DNA of 64,000 nucleotides from a virus: IMG/VR virus record IMGVR_UViG_3300027733_002357; one strand, 5' to 3'. Shown piece by piece: positions 28,475 to 37,699 of this stretch (position 1 is its first letter; each line of letters starts with the position of its first letter). The notes under the pieces were generated by a model. It saw only the letters and a program-made list of their open reading frames with translations, ran no database searches and was not told where the DNA came from. The position numbers and the translations under genes were made by a program.

Positions 28475-28909
28475 ATGAATAAAAAAGTATTTCTGATAAT
28501 TCCAGTTATTATCTTCACTATCACAACCGTGGTACTTAATTCATGTGTTGAAAAAGTAGATTCTAAATCGGAAATTCCCAATGTACTAGAAGCAAAGAAT
28601 TATATAATCTATACTTTAGATGGGTGTGAATATGTTAGATTTGGTTTTGGACAGGCATCTTGGGGTGGACACAAAGGAGATTGTAGTAATCCAATACATA
28701 AAGAACAGTATCAATTAGAAATCGAGCATAAAGATTATATAGCTCCTGACGAAAAACATTTTGACTGCTACGTAAATAGTATAGAGCAAGATGTAAAGGA
28801 TAAAAATATCTATTGGGTTGAAACTGAATGTGGTATCGTTTTTCAAAGTGATAAATCTTACAAGGTTGGAGAAGTGCTTAAAAATTTCAAGTCAGGAAAG
28901 CACAAATAA
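28475..28909 (+). CDS. secreted protein / putative lipoprotein
   Basis: Signal peptide with LNSC lipobox-like site. Confidence 0.45.
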   Translation: MNKKVFLIIPVIIFTITTVVLNSCVEKVDSKSEIPNVLEAKNYIIYTLDGCEYVRFGFGQASWGGHKGDCSNPIHKEQYQLEIEHKDYIAPDEKHFDCYVNSIEQDVKDKNIYWVETECGIVFQSDKSYKVGEVLKNFKSGKHK

Positions 28910-28923
28910 ACCATGATATATAA

Positions 28924-29541
28924 ATGGTGAAACATCTAAAACTTTTTGAAAATTTCGATAATGCTTATAAATGGCCAGAAGCTAAGTTCTGGTTAGATAA
29001 ACTAGAGCCGGAGGAGATATGTTTCCTTGGGTTATATTCTTTAGATTCTAAAAAAGAAAAATTATTCGAAGCTGAATATGAAGGACCCACTGATGTTGAG
29101 CCTAACGATAATAGTTCATATGGATCTTTAGAAATGTTTTTTCAATTTCCAATAGCTAAAGGCCAGGGATATTCTACATTATCTTGTGAGATAAGATTTG
29201 GTGGTGATTACACTCCGTATGATTCCGGTAGTTACTATGATCCTCCAGAGGGTGGAGAGTATATTTTAGAAAGTATAAAAACCGAATCAGCATATTATCT
29301 GGATGAGTCCGAGGATAAAGAATTCGAGATGTTAGAGATCGAATACAAATCCGATTTTATTAAAAAAACCGATCTGGTTAATATGATCGAATATTTTTCT
29401 CTAAACCACATAAGCTATAGTGAGGATGAAACTGATGTAAAGAAACCTGAAATACCTCAAGGTCTGCTAGAAAAGTGTGAGAATATAAGAAATCAAAATC
29501 CAGATCTGCTTAAGGGCCAGGGATTATTAAATAGATTTTAA
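28924..29541 (+). CDS. hypothetical protein with the N-terminal leader (MVKHLKLFENF)
   Basis: Leader-family N-terminus. Confidence 0.5.
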   Translation: MVKHLKLFENFDNAYKWPEAKFWLDKLEPEEICFLGLYSLDSKKEKLFEAEYEGPTDVEPNDNSSYGSLEMFFQFPIAKGQGYSTLSCEIRFGGDYTPYDSGSYYDPPEGGEYILESIKTESAYYLDESEDKEFEMLEIEYKSDFIKKTDLVNMIEYFSLNHISYSEDETDVKKPEIPQGLLEKCENIRNQNPDLLKGQGLLNRF

Positions 29542-29613
29542 ACATTTTTCTCTAATCACAAAATAAAAATGGAACAATCCATGTTTATTGGTGTATAAAA
29601 ACCAAAAGATATT

Positions 29614-29895
29614 ATGAGAACTTTTCTATTTTCAATTTATTTATTCGTTTCTGTTTCATGTATTTCCCAAAGTAACATCTCAGCAGGGGGGGAAAGAATT
29701 TCTTTCTATACTCCAAGTAGGGATACCCTATGGTTAGTAAACAAAGAAATAGGTAGACTTATTGCTTACACTTGGGAATTAACTAGCGATGTAGCAATTA
29801 AACCAGTAATAGTATTAGTTGATAAGCTTCCAGAGAGAAATGGATCTATCGTTGAAGCTAAATATACTAGACCTAGAAAAAGAAGAGATGAATAA
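29614..29895 (+). CDS. small secreted protein
   Basis: N-terminal signal peptide, basic C-terminus. Confidence 0.4.
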   Translation: MRTFLFSIYLFVSVSCISQSNISAGGERISFYTPSRDTLWLVNKEIGRLIAYTWELTSDVAIKPVIVLVDKLPERNGSIVEAKYTRPRKRRDE

Positions 29896-29932
29896 TTTTA
29901 TTCTTATCTAGGATATATAAAATAAAAAAAAG

Positions 29933-30364
29933 ATGAACCACATCAAACTTTTCGAACAGTTCAAACAGGGACTATTAAAAGAAAGCCAATCAGATAATAT
30001 TATGTTTGATTGGTTAGCTTATGATAACCAATTAGATAATCCAATTCAAGGATCTATACCTGAATCATTATCTTATGATGATCTTATTAAATATTGTAAC
30101 GACAACGACTGCTCTGGAATTCAAGAAGCAGGACTATTTATAGCACACGTTAAGAATAGCGACGGAGGATTTACTAGATATATTGCTACATCGTTAATGC
30201 CTTTGCAATTTGACGTTTCCACTTTCAGTAAGGATTTTGAAATGAAAAACGAAACTAAGGGTGTAGATGCTGCGGACCTTAATCCTACTGCTTACAGCAA
30301 GGCATCTTCTCTTTTAGGAAGAACAGGAATGTTTGATTTTAAGCCTAATCCAGGGATGGAATAA
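29933..30364 (+). CDS. hypothetical protein with the N-terminal leader (MNHIKLFEQFK)
   Basis: Leader-family N-terminus; terminator downstream. Confidence 0.5.
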   Translation: MNHIKLFEQFKQGLLKESQSDNIMFDWLAYDNQLDNPIQGSIPESLSYDDLIKYCNDNDCSGIQEAGLFIAHVKNSDGGFTRYIATSLMPLQFDVSTFSKDFEMKNETKGVDAADLNPTAYSKASSLLGRTGMFDFKPNPGME

Positions 30365-30386
30365 AAGAATTTTATATTTAATTTTA

Positions 30387-30418
30387 AAGCCTAGACGCTA
30401 AGCGACTAGGCTTTTTTG
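30387..30418 (+). terminator. rho-independent terminator (AAGCCTAG...CTAGGCTT plus T6)
   Basis: 8-bp stem with GC-rich inner loop then T-run. Confidence 0.7.
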
Positions 30419-30519
30419 TTGTCTGTAGAAAAAATTTCAACTTTTTTTCAAAAAACCTTAAACTTTTTTAAAACCTCTGCATATAATATCTGTATAAAAT
30501 ATAAAAACAATTAAAAATT

Positions 30520-30993
30520 ATGGAAAATTTAGAAACAACATTAACAGCAATCAGAGCGTTAAGAAATGACAAGGGTGTAAAAGCATGGTTAGCACCTAAC
30601 CAAATTCTCTTTAGAGAGAGCGAAAAGCATAGCGATATGTTTCTCACTACTTATCGTATTAGAAACGCTTACGAGGAGCTTTTAGGCAAATTAGAGTTGG
30701 GTGAGGAAGTTAAAGATGAAAGGGATTTAATCCTAATCGAAAGATTCTTTGCTATGACATTCTATCCTCCAAGAAAAATGAGTTTATCTGCATGGAAGGA
30801 AGGAAGAGATCCTCAGGTTAGAATCGAAAGAGCTTATAAGGATACAAGATTGAAAGGTAACAGAAGAAGAAAACACGAGATCACCCTTTTATTAGATGAC
30901 GGAAAAACCTATCAGATTAATCCTAATGATGTTCTTAATAAGTTTTTACATATCAGAGAAAACTTCGTTAATCTTCTAGGATCTAATTCTTAA
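30520..30993 (+). CDS. hypothetical protein
   Basis: 157-aa ORF. Confidence 0.4.
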   Translation: MENLETTLTAIRALRNDKGVKAWLAPNQILFRESEKHSDMFLTTYRIRNAYEELLGKLELGEEVKDERDLILIERFFAMTFYPPRKMSLSAWKEGRDPQVRIERAYKDTRLKGNRRRKHEITLLLDDGKTYQINPNDVLNKFLHIRENFVNLLGSNS

Positions 30994-31465
30994 TTTTTTT
31001 CTCCATCATCTCTATCTTATTGATAACACCTTTAAGATCTTGATTTTTGTTTACTTGAATAACTTGAGGTGAGGGAAGGACCATTTGCATAGTAGAGTCG
31101 TCAGTTGATTTTCTTAATGATTCATATATTATTGGTTCTTCCTTAACATCTCTTTTTTTAAGATCCCCTTTTATCTGTCCTAGCATACCTATAAATTCCT
31201 GCTCTCTTTTTAGTATTTCATTCGTGCACGATCTTCCATTATCTATTATTAATAGATCCTTTACTTTAAGCTCCTCTTCTAGAGCTTTTATTATTTCTTT
31301 TTTATCCTCTATTGATTTATCTAGATCCTTTCGATCCATAGTAATAGCTGATATTAATGAAGGTGAGATAGTTATTATTATTATAGAAAAAAGTACCAAC
31401 GAAAGTGCTATAACTTTTTGAGGCGTACTGAATTGCGATACTATTTCGGAAATATATTTGAACAT
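30983..31465 (-). CDS. N-terminally membrane-anchored coiled-coil protein
   Basis: TM helix followed by K/E-rich coiled-coil-like sequence. Confidence 0.4.
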   Translation of the reverse strand: MFKYISEIVSQFSTPQKVIALSLVLFSIIIITISPSLISAITMDRKDLDKSIEDKKEIIKALEEELKVKDLLIIDNGRSCTNEILKREQEFIGMLGQIKGDLKKRDVKEEPIIYESLRKSTDDSTMQMVLPSPQVIQVNKNQDLKGVINKIEMMEKKIKN

Positions 31466-31500
31466 ATACTATATATTATTTTTAGAAATATATACTTGAT

Positions 31501-31809
31501 ATGGCTAACATCAAAATAGACGGAATAGAAATAATGGAGGGAGATCTTCCAGGTAAAATGGCTTGGACCTCAGTAAGTGACGAGATAGAAGCTCTTGGTG
31601 GAAATGGATGGAGGTTACCTACAGAGATCGAGTTTTCAACTATTTATAGACTATACAAGTTAGGAATAGGAGGATTTAAGAAAACTAAATATTGGTCTTC
31701 TTCGTCGTATTTAAATGATGCTTGGTATTTTGATTTGAGTGTTGGTTATTCACCTCACGTCACTTCAAAAACTAATCTTTTCTATGTTAGATTAGTAAGA
31801 AATATATAG
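31501..31809 (+). CDS. DUF1566-like small protein, paralog 4
   Basis: 'GWRLPTEIEFSTIYRL' and 'YWSSSS...YVRLVRNI'. Confidence 0.6.
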   Translation: MANIKIDGIEIMEGDLPGKMAWTSVSDEIEALGGNGWRLPTEIEFSTIYRLYKLGIGGFKKTKYWSSSSYLNDAWYFDLSVGYSPHVTSKTNLFYVRLVRNI

Positions 31810-31817
31810 GAATAAAT

Positions 31818-33032
31818 TTATTTGGTTTTAAAGAATTCTTTCCAGTTTACATTTACCGGTTTATACCCGGAACTAACCAATTTTCTAACTGCCTGAAGAG
31901 CTTTATCTGTTGATCCGCCTTTAGAAAATTTACGATCCCATGTACCGTCTTTTTTTCTACCATTTCTATTCATTTCGTCTATCGAAGATATAGCCAATTG
32001 TGCATTAGGATTTTTTCCTACTAGTTGTCTAATTGCATCTTTTTGTTTCCATAGTGTTTCTTGTAAAACAATTGTCCATTTATTAGAAACTATAGTATCA
32101 GCATTTTTTAAAACGTAGGCTGCATTTTCATACTCTTGCGGTACTGATATACTAACCTCTTTTGTATTCATAACCCTTACCCCTGTCTTTCTTTCTTCGT
32201 ATCTCCCTGAATAATAAGCTTTTATTTTTTTATATCCTATTAAAGGAAGTGTACCCGATATATCTTTAAGATTAAAAAGAGTAGCTCTAACGGTATGATC
32301 TGTACAATTTGCAAAAAGAAGATTATAACTTTTATTAGATGCTCCTGTTACAGCTGAAGCTACGTCTTTAACTTTTTTTCCTGCCCAGTTTCCAACTATT
32401 TTTCTAAATGTATCATATTCTTTTTTATCCATTTTTATTACTATGGATTGTTTCTTTAGCTTGTTTAATTCTGAAGTAACCTGATTGTACATTGTTTTTT
32501 CGTATTCCTTTCCTGCACCTATTGATGAAGTAATATCCCCAATTCCACCAAGTAAAACTTTATCTATGTCAGCTTTTTCTGGCATTGCATTTATTTGATA
32601 CTTTGGCTCGTTGAGAGACCATGCTTGAAGGTGTCCAAATCCTCCTCCAGCAAGTTCCTGTCCCATTTCAAAATAATCTACAACAACTGGATATTGGAAA
32701 CTCTTTTTAGCATAAGCTTTAATCTCCTGCTCCATTGGCATATCTGTTTCGGTATTATACCAATTATCACCCCATGAAAAATAGTTACATCCTGATTTTT
32801 TAGCTGCTAAAAAAGCTCCTTTTTTGGTTTTTTTAGATGACATGTTGCAGGATTTTCCCTGCTTAACAACATTATAATAGAAAGATTTTAATACACCTCC
32901 TGGGATTATTTCTCCTTTCTTTTTTTTTAATTTATCGACCCAGCCTTTATATGAGCTTTTATCTTTTCCCCTTGAATTATTCTTAGATTCGTTTAGATCA
33001 GACCAATTTTGGAAGGATAAAATATTTTTCAT
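31818..33032 (-). CDS. hypothetical 404-aa protein with the N-terminal leader (MKNILSFQNW)
   Basis: Leader-family N-terminus; K-rich. Confidence 0.5.
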   Translation of the reverse strand: MKNILSFQNWSDLNESKNNSRGKDKSSYKGWVDKLKKKKGEIIPGGVLKSFYYNVVKQGKSCNMSSKKTKKGAFLAAKKSGCNYFSWGDNWYNTETDMPMEQEIKAYAKKSFQYPVVVDYFEMGQELAGGGFGHLQAWSLNEPKYQINAMPEKADIDKVLLGGIGDITSSIGAGKEYEKTMYNQVTSELNKLKKQSIVIKMDKKEYDTFRKIVGNWAGKKVKDVASAVTGASNKSYNLLFANCTDHTVRATLFNLKDISGTLPLIGYKKIKAYYSGRYEERKTGVRVMNTKEVSISVPQEYENAAYVLKNADTIVSNKWTIVLQETLWKQKDAIRQLVGKNPNAQLAISSIDEMNRNGRKKDGTWDRKFSKGGSTDKALQAVRKLVSSGYKPVNVNWKEFFKTK

Positions 33033-33129
33033 TCTACTGTATTTTATTTCTATTCATTATATATCAAGAAATAATTTGATTAGATCTAATTATAATTAAA
33101 TAGAAAAAGTATAGTGAAGAAGAAAGATA

Positions 33130-33345
33130 CTATTGGTCTTCCCTTAATCTTTTAATAACCTTGTATACTGCTTTATCAAGATCTTCGGTAGATTTTCTCA
33201 GCCCAACGTCATGTATAGTTGATAGGGATCTTGCAACCCTATTTTGATCCAATACAGCCTTATAGGATTGATCGTTTTCTTTTCTAATGATCTCGTCAGC
33301 TATTTCTTCTGCAAGCTCTTCTAAATGTCTTTCATATGATTTCAT
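33130..33345 (-). CDS. hypothetical small protein
   Basis: 71-aa ORF. Confidence 0.3.
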   Translation of the reverse strand: MKSYERHLEELAEEIADEIIRKENDQSYKAVLDQNRVARSLSTIHDVGLRKSTEDLDKAVYKVIKRLREDQ

Positions 33346-33430
33346 AATTATAATAGTATGAAATCTTTAAAATATTTCACATAAGTAACAAAGATTACAA
33401 AATCATTCCTTTTTTTAAGATATATAATAT

Positions 33431-34171
33431 ATGAAACACTTAAGATCTATCGATGAGTTTAAAAAAGTAAACGAACAACTGTTTGGTAACCAGGTAAATC
33501 AGTTATCAAAGGGAATTATGAAAATATTCGATCCTAAATCAGGAGATAGCGAAAGTAATCCTTCTAGTACAAGCAATTCAGCAGGTACAGCATCTGGTCC
33601 ACCTCCAGATAAATCTGCTGGAAATATAGGGGATTATGGAAAATTTAGCGAAGGAGCTAGTAAAACATCGCCTTTAGTTATTGTTTTTGGTGGGATACCA
33701 CAAAACGGAAAACAGAGTGGAGAATATATGTACAATTACTTCAATAAAACAGGTAATAAGTATAATCTTTTTGTTGCTGCTAATGCAAAGGTTAATGGTA
33801 AGCTATCATACGATTCAGTAATTAAAAAATTAGAGCAAAGTAGTATATCACCTTCTAAAAAGATCCTATACTTATTTTCAGGAGGATATAATCCAGGTAT
33901 GGATTTACTAAAAAGCGTAGGAGCGGATAAGTTTGATAAGATATATTTGGTTGATATATGGATGGGTAATTCTACATCATCAGATTTTTACACAAAATTA
34001 GCTAGAGATAATCGGAATAAGGTGGAATATTATTATACTAGTTTCGGAGCAAATAATAATACGGCAAAAAATTCAATATCAGGAGTAGTAGATAAATCTT
34101 CTTCCAATCTTAAAAATAACCACATGGATACTAACAACGATGCTGTAGAATCCTTAATGAAATATATTTAA
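33431..34171 (+). CDS. hypothetical protein with the N-terminal leader (MKHLRSIDEFKKVNEQLF)
   Basis: First 18 aa nearly identical to the 34178 protein, then unrelated sequence. Confidence 0.5.
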   Translation: MKHLRSIDEFKKVNEQLFGNQVNQLSKGIMKIFDPKSGDSESNPSSTSNSAGTASGPPPDKSAGNIGDYGKFSEGASKTSPLVIVFGGIPQNGKQSGEYMYNYFNKTGNKYNLFVAANAKVNGKLSYDSVIKKLEQSSISPSKKILYLFSGGYNPGMDLLKSVGADKFDKIYLVDIWMGNSTSSDFYTKLARDNRNKVEYYYTSFGANNNTAKNSISGVVDKSSSNLKNNHMDTNNDAVESLMKYI

Positions 34172-34177
34172 AAAATT

Positions 34178-34951
34178 ATGAAGCACATTAAAAGCATAGA
34201 ACAATTTAAGGCGATAAACGAGCAATTATTCGCTGCTGAGATATCAAAGTTTAACAAGCTAATGGGTATTTCTGTAGAAGAAACTGGAATGGAAGAGCCT
34301 AACCTATTTGCAGCAGAAAGCCCGGTAGGAATGGGGCAGGCTTTAGTTCCTGTTGCTAGAGTTGATACAAATCAAATGGATTCGTATGGATCTGCTGTTG
34401 GAGTAGTAGATAAGAACGATAACGCTGAAATACAACAGCCGATGGCTGGTCCTATAGGAAATATAGTTAACTCCGCTTACGCTAATCTTAATACATCAAC
34501 AAGAAAAATACCAGGAACAAAAGGAGGAAATCTAGGATGTGCAGCAGCAGCTTCTATTATATTCTATCGTGCTACTGGATATGCTATTGCAGGATCTGGA
34601 GCAGTAACTTTAGGTACAGGATCCCTTTGGTCACACATGGATGCGGAAAGTAAAAAATCTAACGGAGTCTGGAGAAAAATAACAAACTGGAAAACTGAAT
34701 CACAGCCTGGTGATATAATATTAACAGCAAGAGGATCAAGACCTGGACACGTTGGTGTAGTAGTAGACGGAGGAAATATAATTTCAAATTCATCTGGTGG
34801 ATTTAAAGGGGACCAAAAAGGACAAGTCGAAATGAATTACAATCTTAATAGCTGGGACAGTGTTGCTAATAGGAATCCATCACAAACTGCAGCATTTAGA
34901 TACGTTGGACCTTACAAGAGAACTTGGGCTCCTACACAGCAAATTGCATAA
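34178..34951 (+). CDS. CHAP-domain (Cys/His amidase-peptidase)-like protein with the N-terminal leader (MKHIKSIEQFKAINEQLF)
   Basis: 'GNLGCAAAASIIFY' (Cys) and 'GHVGVVVDGGNIIS' (His) in CHAP-like spacing. Confidence 0.45.
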   Translation: MKHIKSIEQFKAINEQLFAAEISKFNKLMGISVEETGMEEPNLFAAESPVGMGQALVPVARVDTNQMDSYGSAVGVVDKNDNAEIQQPMAGPIGNIVNSAYANLNTSTRKIPGTKGGNLGCAAAASIIFYRATGYAIAGSGAVTLGTGSLWSHMDAESKKSNGVWRKITNWKTESQPGDIILTARGSRPGHVGVVVDGGNIISNSSGGFKGDQKGQVEMNYNLNSWDSVANRNPSQTAAFRYVGPYKRTWAPTQQIA

Positions 34952-34957
34952 TTTACA

Positions 34958-34995
34958 AAATCATTTTTTTCTTTACACCGAAGTTTCTATATTTG
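34958..34995 (+). promoter_or_regulatory. conserved promoter (AAATCATTTTTTT, 17 nt ending TTTC, TATATTTG)
   Basis: Sequence pattern upstream of 35013. Confidence 0.6.
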
Positions 34996-35012
34996 GATCT
35001 TAAAATCTAAAT

Positions 35013-35228
35013 ATGGCAGAAAAAATAATCAAAGTAACAGACAACTTTAGAACCAATCCTGAAAGTTTGGTTCCAGGAGGACACGAAGTTGAGATCTTCA
35101 ACGATGAAGGTCTTAGACTGGTTTATGATAAAATCAAAAATCCGGAAGCTTATATAGCTAAAATCACCAAGGATCCATCTATCAAACAGGTATTTGTTGA
35201 TGGCGAATTAAAATTCGAGAGAATATGA
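35013..35228 (+). CDS. hypothetical small protein
   Basis: 71-aa ORF after the promoter. Confidence 0.4.
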   Translation: MAEKIIKVTDNFRTNPESLVPGGHEVEIFNDEGLRLVYDKIKNPEAYIAKITKDPSIKQVFVDGELKFERI

Positions 35229-35731
35229 AATACCTAGATCAATCTGTAATACAGGAGCCGAATTCTATTGAGGAATTTTTTTGTAAACCATTAGACGAAA
35301 ATGGAAAAAGAGCTCCTTTAAATGAGATCATGATGAAATTGCTAATCTATTTAGCTACTTCTAAATCTGAAGATGTGGATGTATTATACGGAAAAGCAAA
35401 AAGTGAATGGCATCTTCTAAGTATATTAGAGGATAGACTTGCATCTTTAAATTGCACAGTTGATAAAGGTCCTCTTGTTGTTACCTCAATGGCTTGTAAG
35501 ACACCCGGTGAATGCGTAATGTATGCTAATTATATTGCTTATAAAAACAAAGCGATAGGTTCTTCCAGTTTGAACATGGATGATTTTTGCACACGTGTTT
35601 TTCCCACCGGATTTTTCTCGGAAGATTCTTTAAGCGAACATTGGGATAAACAAAAAGTTAATTCAGGAGGATCGGGATCAGACAACCTTTTAGATTATTT
35701 GTCAGCAGCAGAGAGTTTAATGACGAAATAA
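35225..35731 (+). CDS. hypothetical protein
   Basis: 168-aa ORF with ATGA overlap. Confidence 0.4.
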   Translation: MKYLDQSVIQEPNSIEEFFCKPLDENGKRAPLNEIMMKLLIYLATSKSEDVDVLYGKAKSEWHLLSILEDRLASLNCTVDKGPLVVTSMACKTPGECVMYANYIAYKNKAIGSSSLNMDDFCTRVFPTGFFSEDSLSEHWDKQKVNSGGSGSDNLLDYLSAAESLMTK

Positions 35732-35896
35732 TTTACGATTTTCTATCTATAATCTATAAAGAGAATGCATGGATGAGAATGATTTGTTAGAATTGATAGA
35801 AGAGCTGGTAGTAAAATATCCTAATGATAACGAATTAGGAAAAAAGGTAAGAGAGATTTTTTTACCTAAAGCTTTAGAAAAAAAGAAAGAGAAAAA

Positions 35897-36307
35897 ATGA
35901 TAATTAGTGTAGATTTTGACGGAACTTGCGTGACACACGAATTTCCATTTGTAGGTAGGGATATTGGATCTGTTCCCGTTTTAAAAGAATTAGTAGAAAA
36001 CGGTAATCAACTAATTGTTTTTACGATGAGATCCGATAATAATAAGGGCAATTTTTTGGAAGATGCCGTATCCTGGTTTAGAGATAACGAAATACCTCTT
36101 TACGGAGTGCAAACCAATCCGACTCAGTCATCTTGGACATCTTCCCCTAAGGCATATGCAGAAATGTATATTGACGACGCATCTCTAGGATGTCCTTTAA
36201 TTTATCCTGAAAATGGAGAAAGACCATATGTAGACTGGATAAAAGTTAGAGAAATCCTAATAGATATGGATATAATTAAAAAAGATGGAGTCTCACAAAT
36301 ATCCTAA
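35897..36307 (+). CDS. HAD-superfamily phosphatase-like protein
   Basis: N-terminal 'ISVDFDGT' (DxDGT motif I). Confidence 0.45.
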   Translation: MIISVDFDGTCVTHEFPFVGRDIGSVPVLKELVENGNQLIVFTMRSDNNKGNFLEDAVSWFRDNEIPLYGVQTNPTQSSWTSSPKAYAEMYIDDASLGCPLIYPENGERPYVDWIKVREILIDMDIIKKDGVSQIS

Positions 36308-36587
36308 ATTTCAAGATTGGGAAGCTTTTGTTGAAAATGATAATCGTGTCAATATTAAAATTGATGAGTCGTTAGATATAGAAGGTGCAAAAATAAAATT
36401 CTTAGGTAAGAATAGAGAGCCTTTGATTGAAATGAAGATTAGCTCCCGTGATATACACATTTGCCTTGCTATCGGTAACCCTATATTTGTTGAGCTTCAT
36501 ACATCTGGCGGAGTATCTGTACAATATGTTAAAGGATCAGGAAAGGAGCTTTATAAATCATTCAGGGATGAGCCAAAACAAGATTAG
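36285..36587 (+). CDS. hypothetical small protein
   Basis: 100-aa ORF; its stop overlaps the start of the next gene. Confidence 0.3.
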   Translation: MESHKYPKFQDWEAFVENDNRVNIKIDESLDIEGAKIKFLGKNREPLIEMKISSRDIHICLAIGNPIFVELHTSGGVSVQYVKGSGKELYKSFRDEPKQD

Positions 36588-37098
36588 ATATTACGCAGGT
36601 ATAGGCTCGAGAGAAACCCCTCCCGGAGTAGAACCTTTGATAGAGGAATCTGCAGGATTTCTTAGTAGATTCGGATTTGTTTTAAGATCTGGTGGAGCAC
36701 CTGGCGCTGATTCTATGTTCGAGAAGCATTGTACTGGTGAGATGGAAATATATTTGCCATGGAGTAAATTTAACGATAATCAATCTAGCTTTATATTGGA
36801 TACCATGGATCAAAATATTGTTTACAAGGCTAGGGAAATAGCTAAAAAATATCACCCCGGATGGAGCTATCTTTCACCTGCAGCAAAAAAGCTAATGGCG
36901 AGAAACACTTTTCAAGTTCTTGGCTATGATCTTAATACTCCGATATCTTTCGTTGTTTGCTGGACTCGTGAAGGAAAAATATCAGGAGGAACAGGTCAAG
37001 CATTACGAATAGCTAAAGATATGGGAATACCGATATTTAATCTTTTCAGTAAAGACTGCCTACATAAATTAAAAGTTCATATTACTAACCTCAAATAA
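36568..37098 (+). CDS. DprA/SLOG-like Rossmann-fold protein
   Basis: 'GIGSRETPPG...FVLRSGGAPGADSMFE' resembles the DprA/SLOG nucleotide-binding core; start at the internal ATG (MSQNKIRYYAG). Confidence 0.4.
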   Translation: MSQNKIRYYAGIGSRETPPGVEPLIEESAGFLSRFGFVLRSGGAPGADSMFEKHCTGEMEIYLPWSKFNDNQSSFILDTMDQNIVYKAREIAKKYHPGWSYLSPAAKKLMARNTFQVLGYDLNTPISFVVCWTREGKISGGTGQALRIAKDMGIPIFNLFSKDCLHKLKVHITNLK

Positions 37099-37104
37099 AA
37101 ATAA

Positions 37105-37677
37105 ATGTCAAACAACTTAAATCTACCAAGTCCAATTCCTAGAAATCTTTTTCTAGCTAAACAAGTAGATCAGGATTCGATTAATTCAATTTCCAAAGCT
37201 ATTATAGAAATAAACGAGGATGACGAATACCTTGCTAAAATATATTCCGCTCACGACTTAATTTACAACCCCAAACCCATAAAGCTTTATGTTGATTCTT
37301 ATGGTGGATATGTTTATCAGTGTATGGGATTACTGGGAATTATGAGAGCTAGTAAAGCTCCAATACATACTATTGTAACAGGATGTGCTATGTCTTGTGG
37401 GTTCTTAATATCGGTTTCGGGTCACAAGCGTTTTGGATATCCTAAAGCAACCTATATGTACCATCAGGTATCATCTGTAGCTATAGGTAAAGTTAAAGAT
37501 CTCGAAGAGGATGTAATTGAAACTAAAAGACTTCAAACAATTATTGAAGAAATCACATTAGAGAATACAAAAATCACACAGAAAAAATTGGATCGTATTT
37601 ACAAGACCAAAAAAGATTGGTTTATGGATTCTGATGAAGCATTAAAACTAAAAGTGATTGATGAAGTGATAGCTTAG
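37105..37677 (+). CDS. ClpP-fold serine protease (candidate prohead/maturation protease)
   Basis: 'GCAMSCG' aligns with the ClpP G(M)AAS(M)G Ser motif; 'MYHQ' aligns with the catalytic His motif (IHQP). Confidence 0.55.
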   Translation: MSNNLNLPSPIPRNLFLAKQVDQDSINSISKAIIEINEDDEYLAKIYSAHDLIYNPKPIKLYVDSYGGYVYQCMGLLGIMRASKAPIHTIVTGCAMSCGFLISVSGHKRFGYPKATYMYHQVSSVAIGKVKDLEEDVIETKRLQTIIEEITLENTKITQKKLDRIYKTKKDWFMDSDEALKLKVIDEVIA

Positions 37678-37699
37678 TACCATTGAATATATACTATCG

